From assembly GCA_024400955.1 (NCBI GenBank), contig JAKSLY010000008.1, positions 9,115-73,114 on the forward strand: 64,000 nt of DNA, given 5' to 3'. The DNA comes from Treponema sp. Lineage in GTDB: Bacteria > Spirochaetota > Spirochaetia > Treponematales > Treponemataceae. A program made the position numbers and the translations under genes. Of the stretch, positions 18,784-27,261 are shown one piece after another; within the stretch, counting starts at the first letter, position 1, and every line of letters starts with the position of its first letter. The notes under the pieces were generated by a model, which was not told where the DNA came from, made no database searches, and worked only from the letters and a program-made list of their open reading frames with translations.

Positions 18784-19193
18784 TGTTGGTTTCTACACGT
18801 GGCAGATATGCAATAAGAATCGTTCTCGAATTGAGTTCAAGGAAAAGTGACGAAAGGGTTTCCCTTGCTGAACTTTCGGAGCGTCAGGACATTTCCCTGA
18901 AGTATGCTGAATCCATTGTTGCCCTTCTTGTTAAGGCAGGTCTTCTGGACGGACAGCGTGGAAAGTTTGGCGGCTACAAGCTGAACAGGCCTGCATCCCA
19001 GATTAAGGTTGGCGAAATCCTGACCTTGACGGAAGAATCCCTTGCGCCGGTTGCATGCCTTGACTGCAATCCCAATGACTGTCCAAAGAAGGATACATGC
19101 AAGACTTTGCCCATGTGGACAAAGCTCAATTCCCTGATTTCCGGATATCTGTTTAGCGTTACAATTGAAGACCTGAACAACGGAAAAGTCTAG
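18780..19193 (+). CDS. Rrf2 family transcriptional regulator (IscR/CymR-like)
   Basis: STRGRYAIR, ISLKYAE, RGKFGGYKL and Cys cluster CLDC..NDC....C; overlaps the mnmA stop. Confidence 0.9.
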   Translation: MMLVSTRGRYAIRIVLELSSRKSDERVSLAELSERQDISLKYAESIVALLVKAGLLDGQRGKFGGYKLNRPASQIKVGEILTLTEESLAPVACLDCNPNDCPKKDTCKTLPMWTKLNSLISGYLFSVTIEDLNNGKV

Positions 19194-19259
19194 GGGACCG
19201 GAAAACCGGCAGCTGCATGCTACAGGTTAGCCCGGTGCGTCTGCCGGCCTTTTGATTTT

Positions 19260-20243
19260 TCATTTTCCGGCCAGAAGTTCCGGGTGGTATTCAAAGTGCA
19301 TGTTGTCCCAGATGATCCAGTTGCCACCCCAGATGAATCCTTCGCCTTCAAAAATCTCGATGACTTTCTTTGGGGGCATCCATCTTCTGGAAAGGGGAGT
19401 GAGCATCCATCCTTCAGGGTTTTTGTCTCGTGCCCAGCTCCAGAAAATTTCCCCGGTGATTCTTACAGGAAGGATGTCCATGGCAATTCCCAGGGAGTGA
19501 AAGCTTTTTCTGCTTGTGCCGTCAATGAGGCGCCAGTGGTATGCATCACAGCTTTTTATCTTTAGCACAAAGGAATTAACTTCATCGTCGGTTTTTGCAA
19601 GCTCGTAAATCTGCTCCTCAACTTTTTTCAGGGGCGAATAAATTCTTTCATGAACCTTTGTGCGCTTTCCAAGAAATGTCGTGACCTTTATGTGCTGTTC
19701 AATCTTTGCCTGTGAATAGGAATCATAGAGGGCATCGAAAAAAAACATGGGGGTTCCAGCCGTGCTTTTCCTTGAAGAGATGGAACCGAATTCCTTGAGC
19801 TTCTGCCTTTCTTCTTCCGTCATGTCGGAAGGATCCTTTAGCCTGCGGTTGTAGCTGTAGACCAGTGACCAATAGTTGGCCCTGTTTTCAATTTCTTCTT
19901 CCGGAAGAACCCGACCGTCGCACCACCAGAAGGCGTAGTCCCTGCCGTAGTTGGAAAATGTCATGAGCCAGTCGTTTTTTTCCTTGCTGAATTCAGCCTT
20001 TATGTCAAGGTCACGATATGCTTCCTGCAGAACCTTAAGGTCGTGGGGAATTTCCGGCAGCCTGTCCTTTTCGTCTTCAAGTGCTATGAAAATTTTTGCA
20101 GGCTTATCAAGTATCCTGACGTTCCTGCTTTTTGACTGTTGCGGATCTTCCCAGAGGTTTTTCTTATTGCCTTTTTTTGCGGAGCATAATGATGGGACAA
20201 GAATGAGGGTCAATGAAAAGATGCACAACCATGTTTTTTTCAT
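19260..20243 (-). CDS. M15 family zinc peptidase (D-Ala-D-Ala / L,D-carboxypeptidase-like), exported
   Basis: Signal peptide, SFHSLGIAMD (SxHxxGxAxD), FIWGGNW and DNMHFEY. Confidence 0.85.
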   Translation of the reverse strand: MKKTWLCIFSLTLILVPSLCSAKKGNKKNLWEDPQQSKSRNVRILDKPAKIFIALEDEKDRLPEIPHDLKVLQEAYRDLDIKAEFSKEKNDWLMTFSNYGRDYAFWWCDGRVLPEEEIENRANYWSLVYSYNRRLKDPSDMTEEERQKLKEFGSISSRKSTAGTPMFFFDALYDSYSQAKIEQHIKVTTFLGKRTKVHERIYSPLKKVEEQIYELAKTDDEVNSFVLKIKSCDAYHWRLIDGTSRKSFHSLGIAMDILPVRITGEIFWSWARDKNPEGWMLTPLSRRWMPPKKVIEIFEGEGFIWGGNWIIWDNMHFEYHPELLAGK

Positions 20244-20356
20244 GCTAATATAGTAGCACGGAATTCATGGAAATTCCATTTTTAAAAATGCAAAAGCCTA
20301 TTGCAACCATGAAGGTTATCAATTTAAAATAGGTGGTCATGGGGGCCGGATTCATT

Positions 20357-20635
20357 ATGGAAAAAATTCGAAAGCATATCATTTTTTCTGGACGTGTTCA
20401 GGGGGTGGGCTTCAGGTGGCACAGCAAGAACTATGCAGCTTCCGCAGGCCTTACGGGTTGGGTTCAGAATCTATACGACGGAACTGTGGAAATGGAAGTT
20501 CAGGGTACGGAAGAAAAGATTGCAGGCCTCCTGCACTACATGGAACAGCGGCCCTATGTTGAAATCGAAGGCATCGATGCAAGGACAATTCCCCTTGAAA
20601 ACGGGGAATGCGGATTTTATGAAAGAGGATGGTAG
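20357..20635 (+). CDS. acyP: acylphosphatase
   Basis: GRVQGVGFR and GWVQNLYDGTVE. Confidence 0.9.
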   Translation: MEKIRKHIIFSGRVQGVGFRWHSKNYAASAGLTGWVQNLYDGTVEMEVQGTEEKIAGLLHYMEQRPYVEIEGIDARTIPLENGECGFYERGW

Positions 20636-20638
20636 GTT

Positions 20639-21421
20639 ATGGCAATGTCGCCCATAGAAAAATATTACAACAAGCACAAGGAAGACCATCGACTTACGAC
20701 ACGTCATGGCATGGTGGAATACCTTGTGTCCATGAAATACATTCACGACTTTCTTCCAAAGGACAAGGATGGGTTCAAGATTGCAGACATAGGGGCAGGT
20801 ACTGGACGTTACAGCGTGGCCCTTGCCAATGAAGGATGGGATGTGACTGCCGTCGAACTTGTAAGGCACAACCTTGAAATCCTTGAAGGAAAGCATGCAA
20901 AGGTAAAGTGCTGGCCGGGGGATGCCAGGGACCTTTCCTTTTTGCCCGACAACACCTTTGACATGACGATCTTTTTTGGCCCCCTGTATCATCTTCATGG
21001 TGATGTGGAACGGTTAAAGGCTTATGCAGAAGTAAAGAGGATAACAAAACCCGGCGGCCTGATTCTTGCGGCCTATGTCATGAACGATTACAGCGTGATC
21101 ACCTACTGCTTCCGTGAAGAAAGGATCAACGGGCTTTTTGAGACCGGGCACATAGACGAAGATTTTCACGTGCAGCCGTCAGAAGAAGAACTTTATGAAT
21201 ACGTGCGCCTTGAGGATGTTGACAGGCTTAACTCTCTTGCAGGTGTTGAAAGGGTAAAAATATTTTCTCCAGACGGGCCAAGCGACTACATGCGTCGCGA
21301 GCTTAATGCCATGAGCCAGGAATCCTTTGACAGATTTGTGCAGTACCAGATGCGTAATGCAGAACGCCCGGAACTTTTGGGCGCCGGAAGCCACCTTGTG
21401 GATGTTGTCCGGAAGAAATGA
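20639..21421 (+). CDS. class I SAM-dependent methyltransferase
   Basis: ADIGAGTGRY, GDARDLS, FGPLYHL and KPGG. Confidence 0.88.
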   Translation: MAMSPIEKYYNKHKEDHRLTTRHGMVEYLVSMKYIHDFLPKDKDGFKIADIGAGTGRYSVALANEGWDVTAVELVRHNLEILEGKHAKVKCWPGDARDLSFLPDNTFDMTIFFGPLYHLHGDVERLKAYAEVKRITKPGGLILAAYVMNDYSVITYCFREERINGLFETGHIDEDFHVQPSEEELYEYVRLEDVDRLNSLAGVERVKIFSPDGPSDYMRRELNAMSQESFDRFVQYQMRNAERPELLGAGSHLVDVVRKK

Positions 21422-21430
21422 AAAAGCGAG

Positions 21431-22330
21431 TTATGCAAGTTTTATCAATTTTTCGAAGGCATCACAGTTTTTATTGTTCTGCCGAAAGCAGCATTCATTT
21501 ACATAATCTTGCAGGTATTTTACGGAAACATGATGATAGGAGCCAATTATTGAACGTTTTATAATTGCCCAAAAACCTTCTATTCCGTTTGTATGAATTC
21601 CGTTGCCTGCTGAATACTGGCCTTTAGAATGATTAACAGTAAGATGAATATAATTTTTAGGATTTGTTTCATCATGATTCATAATATTATAGCCATTGAA
21701 ATCATCGGTTAGAACTACCGCTTCGGATTTTGTAACCGTCTCAATAACTGAAAGAAGCTGTTTTCCGGTAAGCATTTTTCCATTGTAATCTTCATAAGCA
21801 ACCTTTGCATAAACATGACCTGTGGTCCTGTCTTTTACACCAATAACCGGAGTCTTTGCAGTACCGCGTCCTTTTTTTAGATTATAAGCATTTTTTGAAT
21901 AACGACGAGGCTTGCCGCCAACATACGTTTCATCTACTTCAACAACATATTCAAATGAATCGTTAAGGTTTTCTTTCCCCATGGCTGTACGAATCTTATT
22001 AAGTATGCGCCAGGCAGTTTTATATGTAACACCAATTTCACGTTGAAGCTGCATCGCAGAAATTCCTTTTTTTGCATTTAAAACAAGATTAATGGCATAG
22101 AACCATTTGCGTAAATCTACAGAGGATTTTTCAAAGATTGTTCCTGTAAAAATTGAAAAAGTATTATGACAATCATTGCAGTTGAAGAATTTTGTATTGC
22201 TTTTATGGGATGAAATTTTATCAGAGCCACATTTTGGGCAGATAAGACCATTGGGAAATCTGATGCTGATAAAATAATTGATGATGGATTTTTGTGTTGG
22301 AAAATTATTTTGAAATTGAATAAAAGTCAT
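21431..22330 (-). CDS. IS1595-family (ISXO2-like DDE) transposase
   Basis: Zn ribbon CPKC...CNDC, GISAMQLQREIGVTYKTAW HTH, EVDETYVGG, LTDD, VNHS, HTNGIEGFW and YVNECCFR. Confidence 0.95.
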   Translation of the reverse strand: MTFIQFQNNFPTQKSIINYFISIRFPNGLICPKCGSDKISSHKSNTKFFNCNDCHNTFSIFTGTIFEKSSVDLRKWFYAINLVLNAKKGISAMQLQREIGVTYKTAWRILNKIRTAMGKENLNDSFEYVVEVDETYVGGKPRRYSKNAYNLKKGRGTAKTPVIGVKDRTTGHVYAKVAYEDYNGKMLTGKQLLSVIETVTKSEAVVLTDDFNGYNIMNHDETNPKNYIHLTVNHSKGQYSAGNGIHTNGIEGFWAIIKRSIIGSYHHVSVKYLQDYVNECCFRQNNKNCDAFEKLIKLA

Positions 22331-22413
22331 GCATGACAGTATAGAAAAGTTTTTTAAATTCCTTTGAAAAAAGTTTTGTATTTATTTTTTTTGTATGAGT
22401 GGGGATAATCTCG
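21431..22413 (-). mobile_element. IS1595-family insertion sequence (upstream end at 22413; downstream end not recognisable)
   Basis: Transposase at 22330-21431. Reading leftward from 22413 gives CGAGATTATCCCC; no matching IR follows the stop codon. Confidence 0.7.
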
Positions 22414-22450
22414 AAAAATTCGGAATTATCCCATTATGTACATTTAAATC
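22401..22450. repeat. abutted back-to-back IS-end-like motifs (junction 1)
   Basis: GGGGATAATCTCG-AAAAATT-CGGAATTATCCCATTATGTACATTTAAATC. Confidence 0.75.
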
Positions 22451-22464
22451 TGAAATGCTATTTT

Positions 22465-23181
22465 TTATTTAAAGATTTTCCGAAATTCATTATATTTTTC
22501 TTTCCACTGTATTTTATTCCTAGGGGATTTCTTATCCTTTATTGCATCTAAGTACGATACAAACTTCTTCGATTCTTTTGGAATTATTTTACAAAAATCA
22601 TCTAAAGAAATCGAAGGTAATGGGGCTGTAATATCTATTTCAGAATCAATAATTTTCTTAATCAAATCAAATTTCAAGGATGGTTGAAATAATAATGATT
22701 CAGTCGTATTATCATTGTATTTGAAAATTAAATCATCCAATTCCTTAAAGGCATCTACAAGAATACATAAATTATTTTTTAGCAATGGTATTTCTTTTTT
22801 AGGGAAAACATTATAGCGCTCAAAAACACTATTGCAAGTAGAACTAAGATCAAAGATATTTTCATTTGCATCATCAATACAATTTAATTTTAGAGACTTA
22901 TTATTTATAAGTTCTTTTATTGTGTTAATATCTCCTTGGATTCTACTACTGCATTCCTTTAAATCTATTAGTAGTTCTTGTGCACGTTCTTCAATACCTT
23001 CCTCAACTTTTTCACCGCCTGAAGGACAGATTATTATACGAAGATTTCCAAATAACTTATAAAATTCATGGATATCTTTTCTTAAATTATCTGTTGCAAC
23101 CAGAAATACATCAGATACAACATTGTCGGACTCATTTAACTGTTCTTTTAATAGTTTTAATTCATATTCTGTTAGATACAT
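22465..23181 (-). CDS. hypothetical protein (orphan cargo)
   Basis: 238-aa AT-rich ORF; AGGAGG RBS before ATG 23181; no recognisable motif. Confidence 0.7.
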   Translation of the reverse strand: MYLTEYELKLLKEQLNESDNVVSDVFLVATDNLRKDIHEFYKLFGNLRIIICPSGGEKVEEGIEERAQELLIDLKECSSRIQGDINTIKELINNKSLKLNCIDDANENIFDLSSTCNSVFERYNVFPKKEIPLLKNNLCILVDAFKELDDLIFKYNDNTTESLLFQPSLKFDLIKKIIDSEIDITAPLPSISLDDFCKIIPKESKKFVSYLDAIKDKKSPRNKIQWKEKYNEFRKIFK

Positions 23182-23182
23182 T

Positions 23183-23254
23183 GTTCTTATCCTCCTGTGC
23201 ACCTATAATATAGGTGTTTGACAGTGAAAAAATTCATAAAAAGGTATTTTTTTT
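23183..23254 (-). repeat. 72-bp upstream/RBS block, copy 1
   Basis: 68/72 identical to 25308-25379; contains AGGAGG on the minus strand. Confidence 0.85.
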
Positions 23255-23397
23255 GCAGTAATTATTTACATAAAGCGAAAGTAGCAGTTGTTATCAGCAA
23301 CAACTACCTTCAAGCATAATCAAAAAATCATTTTCTTACGAAAAAAATTGTAATCCTCGTTAAGTGTATTTTTTATGGTTTTTGATATGTGGAACTA

Positions 23398-23823
23398 TTA
23401 TAGTTTTTCACAATAAATCCAAGTAACAGTATCAGGTCTGTCTGAAGTTAAGAATATAATAATATTACCGGAATACTTAAATTGCTCTACATATGCTTGC
23501 CCACCTATTTTTCTTACAAACGAATCAAATTCTTCTCTTTTACATTCTGACTTTCCAGCATAAACAACACCGTCATACGTATATATATAATTAAGTCTTG
23601 TTGATTGTCTTGCAAGCAAGTTTTTTACATCCTTTAGGTCAGAAAAGCTGAAATTTTTATTTCCAAATTCTGATAGTGCTATATTATAAACATCTTGAGA
23701 GCAGGAATAGCTTTCATAGTAAGCATAATACTCATCATCGGCAATTGAATTTTCGTCAATTGAGCATCCTAGAAAACTAAATAAACTCAAAAGAGCAAAT
23801 ACAGAAAGGAAAAACTTTTTCAT
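23398..23823 (-). CDS. small lipoprotein (orphan cargo)
   Basis: MKKFFLSVFALLSLFSFLGC lipobox; AAGGAG RBS. Confidence 0.8.
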   Translation of the reverse strand: MKKFFLSVFALLSLFSFLGCSIDENSIADDEYYAYYESYSCSQDVYNIALSEFGNKNFSFSDLKDVKNLLARQSTRLNYIYTYDGVVYAGKSECKREEFDSFVRKIGGQAYVEQFKYSGNIIIFLTSDRPDTVTWIYCEKL

Positions 23824-23955
23824 GATAAAACTCCTTGTTGTGATGCCAACATATTGTTCCTACACAACTTAGGCTACTTTTATAAGTAGAGCTTTATATG
23901 TTTAAAACTAATTGCAATATAGTAACTTCCAGTAATGGAGTTTCAAGGAACGTCT

Positions 23956-24089
23956 ATGAATATTTATGATGAAAAACTTCTTTAAATAGAAAAGGCAGAA
24001 GAAGAACTGACAGAAGCTTAAAAGGAACTTGATGGTGTTTTAGATTTTGTTGAAATGAGTTATTTTCTTTCGACCTGGTTATTAAATTA
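23956..24089 (+). pseudogene. degraded gene start truncated at an IS-end-like motif
   Basis: AAGGAA + ATG, then MNIYDEKLL*IEKAEEELTEA*KELDGVLDF with two in-frame stops, running into the 24090 motif. Confidence 0.4.
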
Positions 24090-24117
24090 CGGAATTTTCC
24101 CTTTATATGCATTTAAA
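24090..24117 (+). repeat. IS-end-like motif copy
   Basis: CGGAATTTTCCCTTTATATGCATTTAAA, 24/28 identical to 22421-22448. Confidence 0.75.
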
Positions 24118-24144
24118 CTAATTAGATTATAGAAGGATCCAAAT

Positions 24145-24750
24145 ATGGAAATTCGAAAACTGACTGAAGTAAGATTATTAGGAGTATTGCATAGAAAATA
24201 TTTACATGAATTACTTGATTTCTGTCTCTATGAAGAATGCTTACAAGAAGAAACTGCTCAAGACTATTTTGAATGGCTCAAAGCCAAAATATGTGATGTA
24301 GGACATGGTGTTCCTGATAAACGATTCAAAAAACATAGGGATGATTTATTTTCTGGAAGTGATAACGAACATACTGCTACTGCATACGGTCAAATTTTGA
24401 GAGGACTTGGTGATGAGAGATTTGAAGACAGAAAAGCTCATCAACCATCTCAAAATGGAATTTTAACCGATTATTTTCAGGGACAAACATTTAATGAATT
24501 TAGAAAAGATTTTAAGGATTTTGTATCTAGAGATCTTAATAATGGAAGAATAACAAAGGATGAAAGCTTAAAAATATTAGACTGTTTCGATTATTATTGT
24601 AATCTATTTGTAAAGGAAGGTGCTCCGGAAACAAGAGCATATTCAAGTCCAAATCCTGATTTTAGCTTAGAAGCAAATTGGCAGGAAAAGAATTCTGTTC
24701 GTAAAGGTAAAAGAAATTTAAAATCAGGCGAATCATGGGAAGCTGCATAA
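24145..24750 (+). CDS. hypothetical protein (orphan cargo)
   Basis: 201-aa ORF; AAGGA RBS; no recognisable motif. Confidence 0.7.
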   Translation: MEIRKLTEVRLLGVLHRKYLHELLDFCLYEECLQEETAQDYFEWLKAKICDVGHGVPDKRFKKHRDDLFSGSDNEHTATAYGQILRGLGDERFEDRKAHQPSQNGILTDYFQGQTFNEFRKDFKDFVSRDLNNGRITKDESLKILDCFDYYCNLFVKEGAPETRAYSSPNPDFSLEANWQEKNSVRKGKRNLKSGESWEAA

Positions 24751-24757
24751 TCTTCAC

Positions 24758-25306
24758 TTAATTTGAAAATCGTCCATAATATTCTTTTACAGCTTTTGCT
24801 GAATTGAATAGATTGTTTTTTTCATCAATGATTCCATTATCTTTTAATAATTGTTCATCTGGAATAAGTCCAAGAACAGCATTTGCAATATCATAATGTA
24901 ATGCTTGATCTATTTCCTTACCTTCGATTTTAATTGTTGGACATGTTTTGCATAGCAACGGTTTTTCTGATTTATAAAAAACTTCAACCAGTTCAATCCA
25001 ATGTTTTAAATATGGCAAACCACAGGCTTCTTTTATAGCCCACATTACTTTCACTTTTGAAGCAGTTTCTACGCCTTCAGAATACCTTAATCTGTAAATT
25101 CCATTTTTCACAAGATAAAAAGCTTCCTTTGCTGAAACAAAATGGTCTTTTGAATACCAGAAATCATTCCAATTTTTAGAATGAATTGTTAGAAAACTAT
25201 CAGAATTTCCAATAACTTTATGAATTTTATTAAAATAATCAGGCTTTGTTATCCAACATAAGTTATCAAGTTTAGAAAATATTTCATCATTATAAATACC
25301 ATTCAT
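24758..25306 (-). CDS. hypothetical protein (orphan cargo)
   Basis: 182-aa ORF; AGGAGG RBS before ATG 25306; single CxxC (CKTC). Confidence 0.7.
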   Translation of the reverse strand: MNGIYNDEIFSKLDNLCWITKPDYFNKIHKVIGNSDSFLTIHSKNWNDFWYSKDHFVSAKEAFYLVKNGIYRLRYSEGVETASKVKVMWAIKEACGLPYLKHWIELVEVFYKSEKPLLCKTCPTIKIEGKEIDQALHYDIANAVLGLIPDEQLLKDNGIIDEKNNLFNSAKAVKEYYGRFSN

Positions 25307-25307
25307 C

Positions 25308-25379
25308 GTTCTTATCCTCCTGTTCAACAATAATATAGGTGTTTGACAGTGAAAAAATTCATAAAAAGGTGTTTTTTTT
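25308..25379 (-). repeat. 72-bp upstream/RBS block, copy 2
   Basis: 68/72 identical to 23183-23254. Confidence 0.85.
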
Positions 25380-25409
25380 CCTTGAGTATTTAAATTTACT
25401 TTTTTTGTT

Positions 25410-25565
25410 TAATTAGTTGTTGACAGTGCTGCATCATAAACATCTTGAGAGCAAGAATAGCTTTCTTAGTAAGCATAGTTCTCATCATTGGCCATTGAAT
25501 CTTTGCCGATTGAACATCCTAGAAAGCTAAACAAACTCAAAAGAGCAACAATAGAGAGAAAAATT
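25410..25565 (-). pseudogene. remnant paralog of the 23398-23823 lipoprotein
   Basis: Translates FLSIVALLSLFSFLGCSIGKDSMANDENYAY*ESYSCSQDVYDAALS against FLSVFALLSLFSFLGCSIDENSIADDEYYAYYESYSCSQDVYNIALS. The start codon is cut off by the 25566 motif. Confidence 0.85.
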
Positions 25566-25595
25566 CGCGATTATCTCTTTGTGTACTTTTACATC
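25566..25595 (+). repeat. IS-end-like motif copy
   Basis: CGCGATTATCTCTTTGTGTACTTTTACATC, 23/30 identical to 22421-22450 and preceded by the same GAAAAATT. Confidence 0.65.
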
Positions 25596-26074
25596 AAAAG
25601 ATCCAAAAAATCTTCATCCAACTTTTTCTCTTCCTCATCATTTTGTTTTTGAGCTTCGGACCAACTAAAAATCTTATATTTTGATTTTTCAATATATTTA
25701 TTTAATGATTGTTTGAAAGAATTTACGTCATTTTTCAATCTTTCAAACAATTTCTTTACATCTTCATCATCAACCCCAAATCTTTTTAATCGTTTTAAGG
25801 TATGTTTGACTTCACCAACCAAATCCACAAGATTGCGATTTTCCGTAGCCTGTTGTTTCTCTGATTTACAGTCACTTTGAGAAAGACTTTGAATATCTTT
25901 TTCTAATCTAAAAATTAAAGCTTGAATATCAGCTATAATGCTTTCCTTTGTAAGTATCTCATCTTCAGATAATTCTTGCTTTTCAGAAAAATCTTCTTTA
26001 TAAACTAATACATAATACTCATCCAAAAGTTTTTCAATTTTCTGAATATCTTGTAATATTTTCTCAATAATCAT
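25589..26074 (-). CDS. hypothetical acidic coiled-coil protein (orphan cargo)
   Basis: GAGGTG RBS before ATG 26074; helical, E/K/L-rich. Confidence 0.7.
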   Translation of the reverse strand: MIIEKILQDIQKIEKLLDEYYVLVYKEDFSEKQELSEDEILTKESIIADIQALIFRLEKDIQSLSQSDCKSEKQQATENRNLVDLVGEVKHTLKRLKRFGVDDEDVKKLFERLKNDVNSFKQSLNKYIEKSKYKIFSWSEAQKQNDEEEKKLDEDFLDLLM

Positions 26075-26280
26075 ACACTCACCTCGTATATAAATAGTAT
26101 AGTTTTTAAACTTAAAATATTTCAAAAAAGAATCTATTTTTTATCTTTTCACTAATTATAACATGTACGGCGAGGAACGTCGGAAGTAACGACTATGGAG
26201 TTGATGTAAGACTTTCAAAAGCTATTTGACCAAGAAGTAGTAAATCTGTGAATCGAAGTAGCAGGATTTCTTTTACTTAA

Positions 26281-26330
26281 AACGTAAGGGGATAATTCCG
26301 ATTGTTCGAAATTATCCCGTTTAATACTTT
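26281..26330. repeat. abutted back-to-back IS-end-like motifs (junction 2)
   Basis: GGGGATAATTCCG-ATTGTT-CGAAATTATCCCGTTTAATACTTT. The leftward arm matches 22421 at 17/20 as an inverted repeat. Confidence 0.75.
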
Positions 26331-27261
26331 AATAAATTATAGAAATTTCATTCTTATTTTTAATTAAGGCTGCAATTTCTTCTGCCGTAAAAGAGTATGG
26401 CTGAGCTGATATATCATTCTGTTTTGCAGCATATACTTTTCTTTTGTTCAAGATGATCTTTTTCAGCATGTTTTCTACAAGTGCTGAATCTGTAATAAAA
26501 TCCTCATTTATCATATTTTGAAGTAATCTAACTGTACTTAATATTACAACTACTTTATCTGACACATTTTTGGGAATACTTTTAGTGCCTGTGCTGAACT
26601 TGGCCGCAGCTTCATGATCATCAGAAATAACCACAAATTTACCTGAAGGTTCTCCTGAAAGATGCAGAAGCATATACAGGCAGATTCCTATAAGTTCTTC
26701 CCCAAGGTCATCTTCTGACTCTTTATTGCTTTTCACTCTGGAGAAGAATTCTGCACAGATTGATTTCCTTGAAATTTCAGTTCCTTTTAATATTTCTTTG
26801 AGTTTATCATCCGAGTTTATTGTTTTTCGTACAGTTCCAACCGGACTGTTAAAATTTCTTACAGCAAAAGAAAATATTTTATTTACCTTTACTGATGAAT
26901 CATATTCCTCGCTCAAAATATCAAAAATATATTTTTCATCAAATAATATTACCTTGATTCCATTTTCAGAAAGATTTTCTATGTAATCAATATACAAATC
27001 ATTCAACGATTGAGCAGTTCCAGCAAGTTCCATCAGAACACAATTTGTAATAATGATTATTCCATTCTTGCTTTTTATGTATTCAATTACTGAGTTCTGT
27101 CCTGCTTTGTTAAAGTTTGAATGATATCTAAAACTGCAGGCATCATAAAAAATACATTTTTCTGATGAAAATATTAAATCCACGGTTCTGTCACAATCTG
27201 TTATTACAAGAGATAATATTTTATCAATATTTGATGGACTTTCAGAGTATAATGATGGCAT
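26329..27261 (-). CDS. putative PIN-domain-like nuclease/toxin
   Basis: Spaced acidic motifs IFYDACSF, ITNCVLMEL, DDLGEELI and VISDDHEA; start overlaps the upstream stop (TAATG). Confidence 0.55.
   Translation of the reverse strand: MPSLYSESPSNIDKILSLVITDCDRTVDLIFSSEKCIFYDACSFRYHSNFNKAGQNSVIEYIKSKNGIIIITNCVLMELAGTAQSLNDLYIDYIENLSENGIKVILFDEKYIFDILSEEYDSSVKVNKIFSFAVRNFNSPVGTVRKTINSDDKLKEILKGTEISRKSICAEFFSRVKSNKESEDDLGEELIGICLYMLLHLSGEPSGKFVVISDDHEAAAKFSTGTKSIPKNVSDKVVVILSTVRLLQNMINEDFITDSALVENMLKKIILNKRKVYAAKQNDISAQPYSFTAEEIAALIKNKNEISIIY

Noticed and set aside
22421-22450. TTATGTACATTTAAAT as a possible dif/XerD arm
   Set aside because: It does not fit the 11-6-11 dif layout, and the sequence is better explained as part of the repeated IS-end-like motif.
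22401-26330. Repeats read as a CRISPR array or as integron attC sites
   Set aside because: Spacing is 0.7-1.7 kb rather than about 35 bp, no cas or intI gene is present, and there is no RYYYAAC...GTTRRRY architecture.
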